In this document: piece after piece, positions 8,476 to 17,138 of the stretch | Numbering within the stretch: position 1 is the first letter of the stretch | How the letters are laid out: each line of letters opens with the position of its first letter | Source: Candidatus Stahliibacteriota bacterium | Lineage (GTDB): Bacteria > Hydrothermota > Tepidihabitantia > B3-TA06 | Length of the DNA stretch: 64,000 nt | Assembly: GCA_004375895.1 (NCBI GenBank) | Contig: SOJW01000011.1 | Coordinates: forward strand, 637 to 64,636 | Direction of reading: 5' to 3' | The notes under the pieces: generated by a model | Database searches by the model: none | Seen by the model: the letters and a program-made list of their open reading frames with translations, nothing else | Told to the model about the DNA's origin: nothing | Position numbers and translations under genes: made by a program

Positions 8476-10803
8476 CTAACCCTCTCCTAAGAGTTTTGCC
8501 GCCTGAGGACTGAGTTCTCTATAGCCCAGCTCGAATGCACGCATGAACTCCGCTCGCGCCTTATCCTTTCTACCGAGCGCCAGAAGAACCTCGCCCTTGT
8601 GGTATATGACCGAGGCGTCGGTGGGATCGGCTGCAAGCGCACGTTCGAGATGTCCCAGCGCCTTCTCGGTCTCGCCAAGATAGAGCAGAGCTATACCGAA
8701 GTCCCGCCACTGCCATGCAGCGATCTTGCCCTTCTTCTCTTTACTTAGGGATTCGTATGCCTGCACCGCTTCGGTATATCGGCCCAGCTCGAACGCGGAA
8801 GATGAAAGCACCTGGAGGGCGGTGAGGTTGCTGCTGTCCTTTGCGAGTATTCCACGCGCTGTTTCCATGGCCTCCTCAAGTCGTCCCAGATAACTCAGTG
8901 CCTCAGCGTAGTAAAGAAGCGCTTGATCGCCCGTAACACCCGTAACACCCGTAACATCCGTAACACCTGAAACCCCAAGGGCGTGAAGCTCTCCGAACTC
9001 ATCGGCTACCTTGTCGTACTCGCCGTGTTCGTGATAGAAGTAAAGCTTTGATAAAAGCACCTGGGGATCAAGCACCAGCATCTGATCCACCCCTTTGAAC
9101 CGTGCAATCTCCGCCCCTTTGCGCGCGATCTCAAGGGCGCGCGAGCGCTCAACTCCTTCAGTTGAGCTCGTGAATAGCACCGCACTGAAGGTCGCCCCCT
9201 CGCGCGCGGCGAAGTTGCGTTTGAGTTCTGCTACCTTTGCCTTGATAGGCTTGAGAGTAGAAGCAGAGGGAAGGAAACCCAGAAACTCGCTTGAGATGGT
9301 GCTTACGACGTCACCTGGAACCGAGAGCTTCTCAAGCTCCGCGGCAAGACTGCTGTATAGTTCCTTAATGGTTGCCGAGCCCCTCTGCTCGCGGATCGTG
9401 GCCAGATTGTCGAAGAAGAAAAGAACCAGTATGAACCTCTCGCGCCCCAGGCTCTCCCTGAGCCTTGCGTCAAAGAGCGAACGCGTAGAAAGCCCGCTTG
9501 CCTTTCTACGATCACGTTTTCTGAGGTCGCCTGAGACTCGCCTGCCCCGCTCGGACGGTGGAACCCACTCCAGGAAGAACCCCGCGGCAGGGATAAAGGT
9601 ATCGCCTCCGCGCCTTAAGGCAAACGAGACCTGGGGCTGGCACATGATCACCTCAAGCTCGCCAAGAGTCAGTCGTGGGAAGTAGCCGATGATCTTTTGC
9701 TGCGAACCGGGCTGAATGATAGGCTCCGAGCCGGTGAACTTACGGTTGTCGTAGACCCGGAATACGTCTCCCACATCCACCCCCATATCCGAACCAAGGT
9801 CAAGGGTAACGATGCCTGTGCGCTCGTCGTAATCGAGAACGGTGCCGCCCTCCGCAAGGATGCGCTCGAAGGCCATCACCCGATCCCGTCCCAGCTTCTT
9901 GGCCACGTAGGTGGCCACATCGGCCCGCTCGTAAAGCTGGTCGAGTTCCCCTTCAAGGACATCATCCGGTACCCTGAGTATAACGGCGCTGTCCGCTGTA
10001 GCGACACCGATGCTTGCAGTCACCTGGGGTAAGGAAAGGGCCTTGAAATCGGGATTGGCCCGCCGGTAGCGATCCAGCTCATCTACGGTAGGGATCTTTG
10101 CTTTCCTTATAAACTTACACAACTGTTCTCCCAGGGATTGGGCCTCGTTCGCGGAAAGATAGGGAACCAGTGCCCCGAACTCCTCGCCACCCAGGCGGGC
10201 GAGCAGAACCTCTCCAGATTCGCTCTCGGCAAAGAAGGAGCGGACCTGCCTGGCGAAGGAGCGCAGCACCTCATCCCCAAAGCGATGCCCTAGGGTATCG
10301 TTAATCCCCTTGAAGTGGTCAAGATCAAGGTGGAAGAAGGAAAGCGAGGGGCTTCGCGGTTTGCGGCTAAGATCCCTGGGGGCGGAGGATTTAGCATCCT
10401 TCTTGATCCGATTAGCCATCTCAAGCATCTGGATTCTGAACGACTCCTTCTTCAAGAAACCTGTAAGGCCGTCCCGATCTCGCTCCTCTTGCAAGAGGAA
10501 ATTACGCAAAAATAAGGTAAGCAATCCGGAGATCTTTCCAGGATCAAACCCAGGCTCATCCTTTGCAGAAATGGCGGCTATAAGCCTGCCTCCCGCGCCC
10601 TGAAGTCCCAGCAAAAGCTTGCCTTCGTGAATCTTTTGCGAGGCGTGGCCCAAAACCTCACTTAAGGCCTCCATGTTAACACCTCTATCGGCGGACTCAG
10701 AAACCTCCTCGTTGAGTATGAAGCTAACCCCTACAAGCTTCGCGTCAAGATTCCGAAGCACGCGGTTAGTCTCCTTGCGGAACTCCTCAAGTGAACGACT
10801 CAC
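8476..10803 (-). CDS. Diguanylate cyclase (GGEEF) with a second degenerate GGDEF-like region and C-terminal TPR repeats
   Basis: RLGGEEFGALV motif. TPR-like C-terminus. In-frame (VTG)n linker repeat. Confidence 0.8.
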   Translation of the reverse strand: MSRSLEEFRKETNRVLRNLDAKLVGVSFILNEEVSESADRGVNMEALSEVLGHASQKIHEGKLLLGLQGAGGRLIAAISAKDEPGFDPGKISGLLTLFLRNFLLQEERDRDGLTGFLKKESFRIQMLEMANRIKKDAKSSAPRDLSRKPRSPSLSFFHLDLDHFKGINDTLGHRFGDEVLRSFARQVRSFFAESESGEVLLARLGGEEFGALVPYLSANEAQSLGEQLCKFIRKAKIPTVDELDRYRRANPDFKALSLPQVTASIGVATADSAVILRVPDDVLEGELDQLYERADVATYVAKKLGRDRVMAFERILAEGGTVLDYDERTGIVTLDLGSDMGVDVGDVFRVYDNRKFTGSEPIIQPGSQQKIIGYFPRLTLGELEVIMCQPQVSFALRRGGDTFIPAAGFFLEWVPPSERGRRVSGDLRKRDRRKASGLSTRSLFDARLRESLGRERFILVLFFFDNLATIREQRGSATIKELYSSLAAELEKLSVPGDVVSTISSEFLGFLPSASTLKPIKAKVAELKRNFAAREGATFSAVLFTSSTEGVERSRALEIARKGAEIARFKGVDQMLVLDPQVLLSKLYFYHEHGEYDKVADEFGELHALGVSGVTDVTGVTGVTGDQALLYYAEALSYLGRLEEAMETARGILAKDSSNLTALQVLSSSAFELGRYTEAVQAYESLSKEKKGKIAAWQWRDFGIALLYLGETEKALGHLERALAADPTDASVIYHKGEVLLALGRKDKARAEFMRAFELGYRELSPQAAKLLGEG
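8929..8969. repeat. Tandem 9-bp repeat (CCGTAACAC) x4, plus a degenerate copy, inside the GGDEF gene
   Basis: GCCCGTAACACCCGTAACACCCGTAACATCCGTAACACCTG. Encodes VSGVTDVTGVTGVTG on the minus strand. Confidence 0.85.
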
Positions 10804-10837
10804 GACACAGTCTATCCTAACTCAAGCTCGCTGTCAA
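10804..10837 (-). promoter_or_regulatory. Promoter abutting the GGDEF GTG start (leaderless layout)
   Basis: On the minus strand: TTGACA (10837-10832), 17 nt, TAGACT (10814-10809), 5 nt, GTG at 10803. Confidence 0.4.
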
Positions 10838-10879
10838 GTAAACAAACTACCATCAGACTGCCCAGGGGCTGGCATGATG

Positions 10880-10907
10880 TTGACAAAAACCACGCTAGCG
10901 TTATAAT
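10880..10907 (+). promoter_or_regulatory. Sigma70-like promoter of the ferredoxin gene
   Basis: TTGACA, 16 nt, TATAAT. A 27-nt leader carries GAAGGAGG before ATG 10935. Confidence 0.55.
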
Positions 10908-10934
10908 TCTCCACCTTATGAAGGAGGATTATCA

Positions 10935-11120
10935 ATGAAGGTTAGGATTGATGAGGAAGCCTGCATAGGTTGCGGCGTGTGTGCGGACATCTGTCCACAG
11001 GCCTTCGAACAGACGGACGACAAAGCGATAGTCATCGCCGGTGCGAACTGTGACGAGGCAGGATGTTGCCAGGAGGCGGCTGATTCCTGTCCTACTGAAG
11101 CGATTATCATCGAAGAGTAG
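10935..11120 (+). CDS. fdx: Small single-cluster ferredoxin
   Basis: 61 aa with CIGCGVCADICP ... CP. Strong SD. Confidence 0.85.
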   Translation: MKVRIDEEACIGCGVCADICPQAFEQTDDKAIVIAGANCDEAGCCQEAADSCPTEAIIIEE

Positions 11121-11145
11121 TTGTCTCAAAGGCTAGGGAAATAAA

Positions 11146-11180
11146 GAAGCGGGGAAGCTTTGCTTCCCGCTTCTTCTATC
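11146..11180 (+). terminator. Intrinsic terminator after the ferredoxin gene
   Basis: GAAGCGGGGAAGC-TTTG-CTTCCCGCTTC followed by TTCTATCT. Confidence 0.55.
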
Positions 11181-11184
11181 TATG

Positions 11185-11214
11185 TAATAAAAACCGCCCC
11201 CGGCTGGGGGCGGT
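11185..11214 (-). terminator. Intrinsic terminator, minus strand
   Basis: ACCGCCCCC-GGCT-GGGGGCGGT with a T-run (TTTTATT) on the minus strand. Lies about 160 nt after the O-antigen-ligase-like stop. Confidence 0.45.
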
Positions 11215-11373
11215 ACAGGAGGTGTTTCTGAGGAGGGCTATTTCTATTATAGTCACTAACATACCTGTGTCAAGCTCAGGCGGGTAACAAAACTCCCAGG
11301 TAGGATATCCAAAAACCTAACTAAAAAGCCCCTATTTGTAGCCTGTTCGGAATCCCATTTATGGATTGGGTGA

Positions 11374-12759
11374 TTAATGAGCAGGAGAAGAACTCCCCTT
11401 TTCAGGGCCTTGCCTCGCTTCGAGCATTCGAAAGGAGTTGTTGGCCACAATTGTGGCAATCGCTATGGCAAGCCACAGAAGGATGTGGTGTTGTGTAGAG
11501 AGAAACAGGTGGGCCAGAAGTGAGGCTATAAACCCAACAATAAGACCCTCGGTCATTAAAGAGCGGGAATGGTCCCCCTGTGTTGTATAGTGTTTGCGGG
11601 TAAGCCAGAGGTTCCTCAGGGAGAAGAAAATCACCGCTAAAAAGGGAAGAAAACCTACCAAACCGGTGCCTGAAAGAATCTCGAGATAGGAGTTGTGGAT
11701 AACCTCCTTGGCAATGTGAGGGGTTATGGTTGAATAAAACCTGAACTTATGGTAAAAACAATCAGCACCGACCCCTAAGATAGGATTGTCAACGAACATC
11801 CTTACCGCTGTTTTTGCGAAATAGAACCGCCAATCTATGGATGCCGCCCTGGCCGCAGTAAAGAAGGATTTAATATCAAACCCGTAAGTGAAAACCTTGG
11901 CAAAGCCCAAATAAAGCAAAGCGATCGATGCTGCCGCCACCAACGCGAAGATATGGAGCTTCTTCTGACGCCAATAGAGGATGAACTGGACAGGAAGCAG
12001 AACAAGAATCATGCTGCGCGAATAGGTTAGAGGGATAGCCACAGTCATTACAAGGTAGGCCCCGAAATAGAGCAACTTTTGCCATCTTTTTCGGGCAGCG
12101 AGGCCGAAGTAAAAAGCAAAACACAGGAAGGGCAACAGCCAGAATCCAAAGGCATTAGGATCCACAAGCGTTCCAGTAGCTCTCAGAAGCGGAACGCCAA
12201 CCATTTTTTGAACAACCGCTATAACCGCCTCTATTGCAAGCACTGTGATCAACACATCTAAGACGGTCCTGAGACGTTTTTCGGTAGCAAATATATTGAC
12301 AAAAACCCAGTAGGCCATGATGTTTCCAAGGAAAAGGCCGACTCCCATGAAGGCTGGTCCGAGTTCAAAGAATGCAAGAAGCGAAAGTACACACCCAGTA
12401 AAAAAAAGTAAAATCGAACCACCTAACGCAGTAACCTTGAATCGTGGAGAACGTTTGGATAGAAGAATCGAAGGAATAGTTAACGCCACAAGAATCAACC
12501 CTGCGAAACGAACGAAGCTGCCTGTAGGGAATAATTCCTGAACAAGGTAAGTGAAGGGGGTCAAAATAAAGTAGATAAGCCAGAATGGATAAGGATTTAC
12601 TAAACATAGAATTAGCAAAAGAAGGGCGAGCGGAGCCATCGCTATAATGATCCCGGTTATACCTGAGACGTAAGCTCCGGCCACAATAGCAAATACCAAC
12701 GCACCCACGAAAGCGAGTGCAATCCAAAAAGGCTCACGCGAGAATCGCTTAAGATTCAT
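11374..12759 (-). CDS. O-antigen ligase / Wzy-like polytopic membrane protein
   Basis: Multi-TM protein with a YSRSMILVLL-type loop region. Start moved to ATG 12759, because the TTG at 12840 is part of a TTGACA box. Confidence 0.65.
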   Translation of the reverse strand: MNLKRFSREPFWIALAFVGALVFAIVAGAYVSGITGIIIAMAPLALLLLILCLVNPYPFWLIYFILTPFTYLVQELFPTGSFVRFAGLILVALTIPSILLSKRSPRFKVTALGGSILLFFTGCVLSLLAFFELGPAFMGVGLFLGNIMAYWVFVNIFATEKRLRTVLDVLITVLAIEAVIAVVQKMVGVPLLRATGTLVDPNAFGFWLLPFLCFAFYFGLAARKRWQKLLYFGAYLVMTVAIPLTYSRSMILVLLPVQFILYWRQKKLHIFALVAAASIALLYLGFAKVFTYGFDIKSFFTAARAASIDWRFYFAKTAVRMFVDNPILGVGADCFYHKFRFYSTITPHIAKEVIHNSYLEILSGTGLVGFLPFLAVIFFSLRNLWLTRKHYTTQGDHSRSLMTEGLIVGFIASLLAHLFLSTQHHILLWLAIAIATIVANNSFRMLEARQGPEKGSSSPAH

Positions 12760-12811
12760 CTCTTTGAGGCCAGCCACTTGCTTCGTCACCTCGCTACGAT
12801 AAACATACCTA

Positions 12812-12840
12812 ACTCTACTGCGTTTGGCTTGGGTTGTCAA
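12812..12840 (-). promoter_or_regulatory. Candidate promoter of the O-antigen-ligase-like gene
   Basis: On the minus strand: TTGACA, 17 nt, TAGAGT. Confidence 0.35.
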
Positions 12841-12920
12841 ATTCCTGCAGTTCGTGCACCAGGAGATTGTTGCCAGGGTATGAGGTTGTTTCCTCGCAAC
12901 GGCTGATTCCTCTTAAAGGG

Positions 12921-12986
12921 TCACCCTCCCCCTAGCCCCCTACCCTATGAGTGCACCAGGCACTCAAGGGGCACACTGTCCCGTCA
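12921..12986 (+). repeat. R3 element copy
   Basis: TCACCCTCCCCC...GAGTGCACCAGGCACTC...TCCCGTCAAGGGAGGGGGA. Confidence 0.5.
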
Positions 12987-13067
12987 AGGGAGGGGGAATA
13001 TATGTAAGGGCGGTTGGCTTACCATCCCCTTCCCTCGAAGGAAGAGAACAGGTTTCCCTGCCGTCTT

Positions 13068-13123
13068 CTCGCCCTTGATGGGGGACGAAGTGCCCCCGTC
13101 GGGTAGAATAAAAGAGGGGGTGA
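13068..13123 (-). repeat. R3 element copy, inverted relative to 12921-12986
   Basis: The reverse complement reads TCACCCCCTCTTTTATTCTACCCGACGGGGGCACTTCGTCCCCCATCAAGGGCGAG. Confidence 0.55.
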
Positions 13124-13278
13124 CACCCCGCACCTTAGCTGCACGAACTTGGGTAAAGGCATTTCCCTCAACCCTCTACTGCCTGGTAAGGATGTATTGA
13201 CCATGGACACTCTCTGCTCAATGGGAGGCGAACAATCCCGACCGAACTCGATCGGATAAACCCCTAAAATAGAGAAGC

Positions 13279-13312
13279 TTGACGCGGCAATAATCATCCA
13301 TATAATCATCGG
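13279..13312 (+). promoter_or_regulatory. Consensus promoter abutting the proS ATG (leaderless layout)
   Basis: TTGACG (13279-84), 16 nt, TATAAT (13301-06), 6 nt, ATG at 13313. No SD. Confidence 0.55.
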
Positions 13313-15013
13313 ATGATTTGGTCAAGATCGCTGGTGCCGACGCTGCGTGAAGACCCGCGTCAAGCTGAGAATCTGAGTCACCGGGTACTTCTGCGGGCAG
13401 GTTTTGTCAGACCCGTGGGGTCCGGGCTTTACAATCTTCTGCCATTCGGGTTGCGCGTGACGCAGAAGATCACCCAGATAATCCGCGAGGAGATGAACCG
13501 CATCGGCGGGCAGGAGATGCATCTTTCAGCGCTTTCTCCGCGTTCTCTGTGGGATAAGTCCGGCCGATGGGATGCCTACGGCGACGATATGTTTCGATTG
13601 CGCGACCGCAATGCCCAGGACATGGCTCTCTGCCCGACCCACGAGGAGATCGTGGCGCTTATGGCATCCAAGGAGCTTCGTTCCTACAAAGAGCTTCCGC
13701 AGATCTGGTACCAGTTTCAGACCAAGTTCCGCGACGAACCTCGCCCCCGCGGAGGGGTGCTGAGAACCCGTCAGTTCACCATGAAGGACTCATACAGCTT
13801 TGATCTGGATTATGAAGGCATGGATCGTTCCTTCAAGCTGCATCACGAGGCGTACTCGCGTGCGTTTACGCGTATGGGGCATCGTTTCTTTGTCGTAGAG
13901 GCTTCAGGTGGTATCATGGGTGCAGGGGAGTCGGCCGAGTTCATGGTAGAGGCCTCCTCAGGTGAGGATATCTCGTTTGTGTGCCCAAAATGCGACTACA
14001 GGGCAAACGCCCAGGTCGCTGAAGGAAGACCTCTTCCAGCACCCAAACTTCAAGCTAAACGCGAAAAGGTTCATACCCCTGGTCTGAAGAGCGTAGAAGA
14101 GGTAGCAGGTTTTCTCGGCGTCAAGCCATCCCAGTTGGTCAAGAGCCTCTTGTATATGAGAGGGGGTAAACCTCTGTTGGTACTCTTGAGAGGGGACTAC
14201 GAGCTGAGCGAGGAAAAGCTCAAGCGCACGTTCGGCGGCGATATCGTCCCGGCTACCGATGAGGATGCCGGACGTTACATGGGTGCCTCATTGGGGTTCC
14301 TTGGACCTCAGGGTGTTGAGATAGAGACCCACGCCGACAAGAGCCTTGAGGATTCTGATATCTATGCAGTGGGAGCCAACGAAGACGACTACCACATCGT
14401 GGGTATAAGCCTTTCACAGGAGGTGAATATCCGAGAGTATCTTGATCTGCGTAGGGTGAAAGCTGGTGATATATGTCCGAGATGCGATGAGGTGCTTGTC
14501 GAAAAACGCACTATCGAGCTGGGGCATATCTTTAAGCTCGGCACCAAGTACTCGGAGGTGATGGGTGCTACGGTAGCCGACGAGAAGGGTGCCGATCGCG
14601 CCATCGTGATGGGCTCCTACGGGATAGGTATCGAGCGCTCAATGGCCGCCCTTGTGGATCAGTATTACGCCAATGATTGCATGGCCTGGCCTGTGACCGT
14701 GGCTCCCTATGAGGTCGAGGTCATATCCCTGGGAGAAGCGGAGGTCTCATCAAAGATATACAAAGAATTGAGCGAGATAGGCGTACAGGCGGCTCTTGAC
14801 GATCGTGATGTAACACCGGGCGTCAAGTTCACGGACGCGGACCTGGTGGGCATCCCCTACAGGATCACAGTGGGACCGCGCGGATTGAAGGAAGGAAAGG
14901 TTGATATAAAGAATGTGGCAACGGGCAAGATCATCACGGTTCGCAAGGAAGATGCGGCAACCAAGGTAGGAGAACTCCTCAGCAAGGAGAAGGAAGATGT
15001 CAGCGGTATCTGA
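13313..15013 (+). CDS. proS: Prolyl-tRNA synthetase, bacterial type with editing insertion
   Basis: Full-length class II ProRS pattern (PTLREDP...RAGF..., HEE, FRDE.RPR.G..R..EF.MKD). Confidence 0.95.
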   Translation: MIWSRSLVPTLREDPRQAENLSHRVLLRAGFVRPVGSGLYNLLPFGLRVTQKITQIIREEMNRIGGQEMHLSALSPRSLWDKSGRWDAYGDDMFRLRDRNAQDMALCPTHEEIVALMASKELRSYKELPQIWYQFQTKFRDEPRPRGGVLRTRQFTMKDSYSFDLDYEGMDRSFKLHHEAYSRAFTRMGHRFFVVEASGGIMGAGESAEFMVEASSGEDISFVCPKCDYRANAQVAEGRPLPAPKLQAKREKVHTPGLKSVEEVAGFLGVKPSQLVKSLLYMRGGKPLLVLLRGDYELSEEKLKRTFGGDIVPATDEDAGRYMGASLGFLGPQGVEIETHADKSLEDSDIYAVGANEDDYHIVGISLSQEVNIREYLDLRRVKAGDICPRCDEVLVEKRTIELGHIFKLGTKYSEVMGATVADEKGADRAIVMGSYGIGIERSMAALVDQYYANDCMAWPVTVAPYEVEVISLGEAEVSSKIYKELSEIGVQAALDDRDVTPGVKFTDADLVGIPYRITVGPRGLKEGKVDIKNVATGKIITVRKEDAATKVGELLSKEKEDVSGI

Positions 15014-15449
15014 GGGTTTGGAAAGACTGGTCGCCGACGTGATCAAGGAGCACGGGTGCAGTCTTTACCATCTGGAGCGCAAAGGCAATTGGCTCCAGGT
15101 ATACGTGGATAAAAAGGGAGGGGCCACGCTCGGAGACTGCGAGGAGATAAGCCGTGCCCTGAGCTTAAACCTTGTCGCCAGTCGCGATGAGTGGCGTAGG
15201 CTGGCGCTTGACGTCTCCACCCCCGGGATTGAGCGCAAGCTTTACACACCAGCACACTACCGCAGCGCCGTCGGGGAACGTCTGCGCATAGGGATTGAAG
15301 GGGAGGTGATTGAGGGACATCTTAAGGAAGCAAACGAAGAAGCCATAGTAATTGAAATCGAAGCCGGAGCAGGCCGCCGGCTTGGCTACAACGAGATCCT
15401 CTCGGCCCAGGTGCAGCGAGCCACCGAGGAACTCTTCAAAAGGAGATAG
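14997..15449 (+). CDS. rimP: Ribosome maturation factor RimP
   Basis: Position upstream of nusA, a size of 150 aa, and a RimP-like pattern. Confidence 0.8.
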   Translation: MSAVSEGLERLVADVIKEHGCSLYHLERKGNWLQVYVDKKGGATLGDCEEISRALSLNLVASRDEWRRLALDVSTPGIERKLYTPAHYRSAVGERLRIGIEGEVIEGHLKEANEEAIVIEIEAGAGRRLGYNEILSAQVQRATEELFKRR

Positions 15450-17138
15450 ATGGAAACCGAGATCACCAGGCTAATAACCCAACTTGCCCGTATAAGAAAC
15501 GTGGAGGTAAGTTACGTTTACGATACTTTGCAGGAAAGCATCGTAGCCGGTCTGAAACGGCGCTTCGGCCGCAATGTGCGGCATGAGGTCAAGGTGAATC
15601 CTGAGACGGGCGAGATAGAGGTAGCGATCGTCCAGACCGCGGTCGAGCGCGTGCAAGACATAAGTCAGGAGATCTCTCTCGAGGATGCGAGGCGGATCAA
15701 TCCTGACGTCAAGGAAGGCGAGGATGTACGCATCGAGATTCCGCTGCAGGAGGTCGGGCGAGTTGCCATACAACGCACCGTGGATGAACTCACCCATCGC
15801 CTGCGCGAGGCGGAACGAGCCAAGCTCTTCAACGAGTTCATCAAGAAGAGGGGCGAGATTATATCAGGCACCATTCACAAGCTCGAGAAGGAAGAGATCC
15901 TGGTCAACCTCGGGCCTATCTATGGAATCCTGCCGCTGCGAGACCAGCTCAAAACCGATCACCACCAGATCGGGGCACCCTTCAAGTTCTATGTTCTCAG
16001 GATTCAGCGTACCCCAATCGGGCCCAGGGTCTATCTTTCAAGAACCCACCCAGAGTTCTTAAAGAGGCTTTTGGCCCGCGAGGTGCCTGAGATCCAGCAG
16101 GGGATCGTGGAGATCAAGAACGTGGCAAGGATCCCCGGGGTTCGCTCCAAGGTTGCGGTCACCAGCCACGACGAGAAGATAGACCCGATCGGAGCGTGTG
16201 TAGGCTACCGCAAGGTGCGTATCCAGAGCGTCACCAAGGAACTCTCAGGCGAGAAGATAGACATCATCCAGTGGCATTCCGACCAGAAGGCCTTCATAGC
16301 AGGGGCTATGAGTCCGGCACGGGTCAAGGAGGTTATTGAGGAGGAAGGAACCTACACGGTCGTAGTCCCGGACGAGGAGTTCTCCAAGGCGATCGGTCGA
16401 AAGGGACAGAATGTATGGCTCGCTTCGCTCCTGTCCAGCTCGAAGCTGGATATCCTCAAGGAGTCAGACTACCGCAACCGGCTCTTCAGCCAGCGCATGG
16501 CCCAGATCATGGTCGAAACACTTGACTTCCTTTCTGAAGAGAGCAGGCAAACACTGCTTGAGGCGGGCTTCACAACGGTCGTCTCGCTATTCGAACAACC
16601 GGCTACAGAGGCAGCCAAGGTTCTGGGCTGGGACCCCACGCATGTAGAGCAACTCAAGACCCAGATACGTGAGCAGCTTGAGAAACGTGAGTTTGAGCGC
16701 AAGCTCTTCGAGAAGAAGAAGTTGGAGGAGATGAGGGCGGCAGAGAGCAAGTCCTTAGAGAAGGCCATGATCGAAGAAAGCAAGGAGGAAGAACCTGCGG
16801 TAGAGGGACCCACGGAGGGAGCAGAAGAAGAACCTCTCTCTGAACCCTTGAAGGAAACACAGCCCGAAGTGCAGGAAGAGATCAAGGACACCGAAGCCCC
16901 CCCCCAGACTGAGGGTAGTGTTAAACCAGAGGAGTCTATGAAATCCAAGAAAGAACCAGAGATATCCGAAGCCGCCCCACAGTCTGAAGAGTCAGCAGCC
17001 GAGGAAACGCAGGCTGAAAAGAAAAAGGAGGGGGGATCGAACGAGGTAGAACCAGCACCGCAAGAGGAGGAGCAAAAAACCACCGCTGAAGAGAGCGAGG
17101 AGAGTGAGGATAAGGAGTCGGAAGAGGAGGATAAGTAG
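15450..17138 (+). CDS. nusA: Transcription termination/antitermination factor NusA with a long E/K-rich acidic tail
   Basis: S1 and KH region patterns. Conserved operon context. Confidence 0.95.
   Translation: METEITRLITQLARIRNVEVSYVYDTLQESIVAGLKRRFGRNVRHEVKVNPETGEIEVAIVQTAVERVQDISQEISLEDARRINPDVKEGEDVRIEIPLQEVGRVAIQRTVDELTHRLREAERAKLFNEFIKKRGEIISGTIHKLEKEEILVNLGPIYGILPLRDQLKTDHHQIGAPFKFYVLRIQRTPIGPRVYLSRTHPEFLKRLLAREVPEIQQGIVEIKNVARIPGVRSKVAVTSHDEKIDPIGACVGYRKVRIQSVTKELSGEKIDIIQWHSDQKAFIAGAMSPARVKEVIEEEGTYTVVVPDEEFSKAIGRKGQNVWLASLLSSSKLDILKESDYRNRLFSQRMAQIMVETLDFLSEESRQTLLEAGFTTVVSLFEQPATEAAKVLGWDPTHVEQLKTQIREQLEKREFERKLFEKKKLEEMRAAESKSLEKAMIEESKEEEPAVEGPTEGAEEEPLSEPLKETQPEVQEEIKDTEAPPQTEGSVKPEESMKSKKEPEISEAAPQSEESAAEETQAEKKKEGGSNEVEPAPQEEEQKTTAEESEESEDKESEEEDK

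Noticed and set aside
16469-17083. 204-aa Ser-rich ORF antisense to the nusA tail. Similar long antisense ORFs lie at 36884-37537, 46663-47406, 54573-55352 and 61681-62415.
   Set aside because: These are shadow ORFs opposite well-supported genes in GC-rich DNA. They have biased composition and no start-site signals.
16690-17138. E/K-rich ~150-aa acidic tail of NusA as something unusual
   Set aside because: Low-complexity acidic C-terminal extensions of NusA and IF-2 N-termini vary widely among bacteria. No embedded repeat or second gene was seen.
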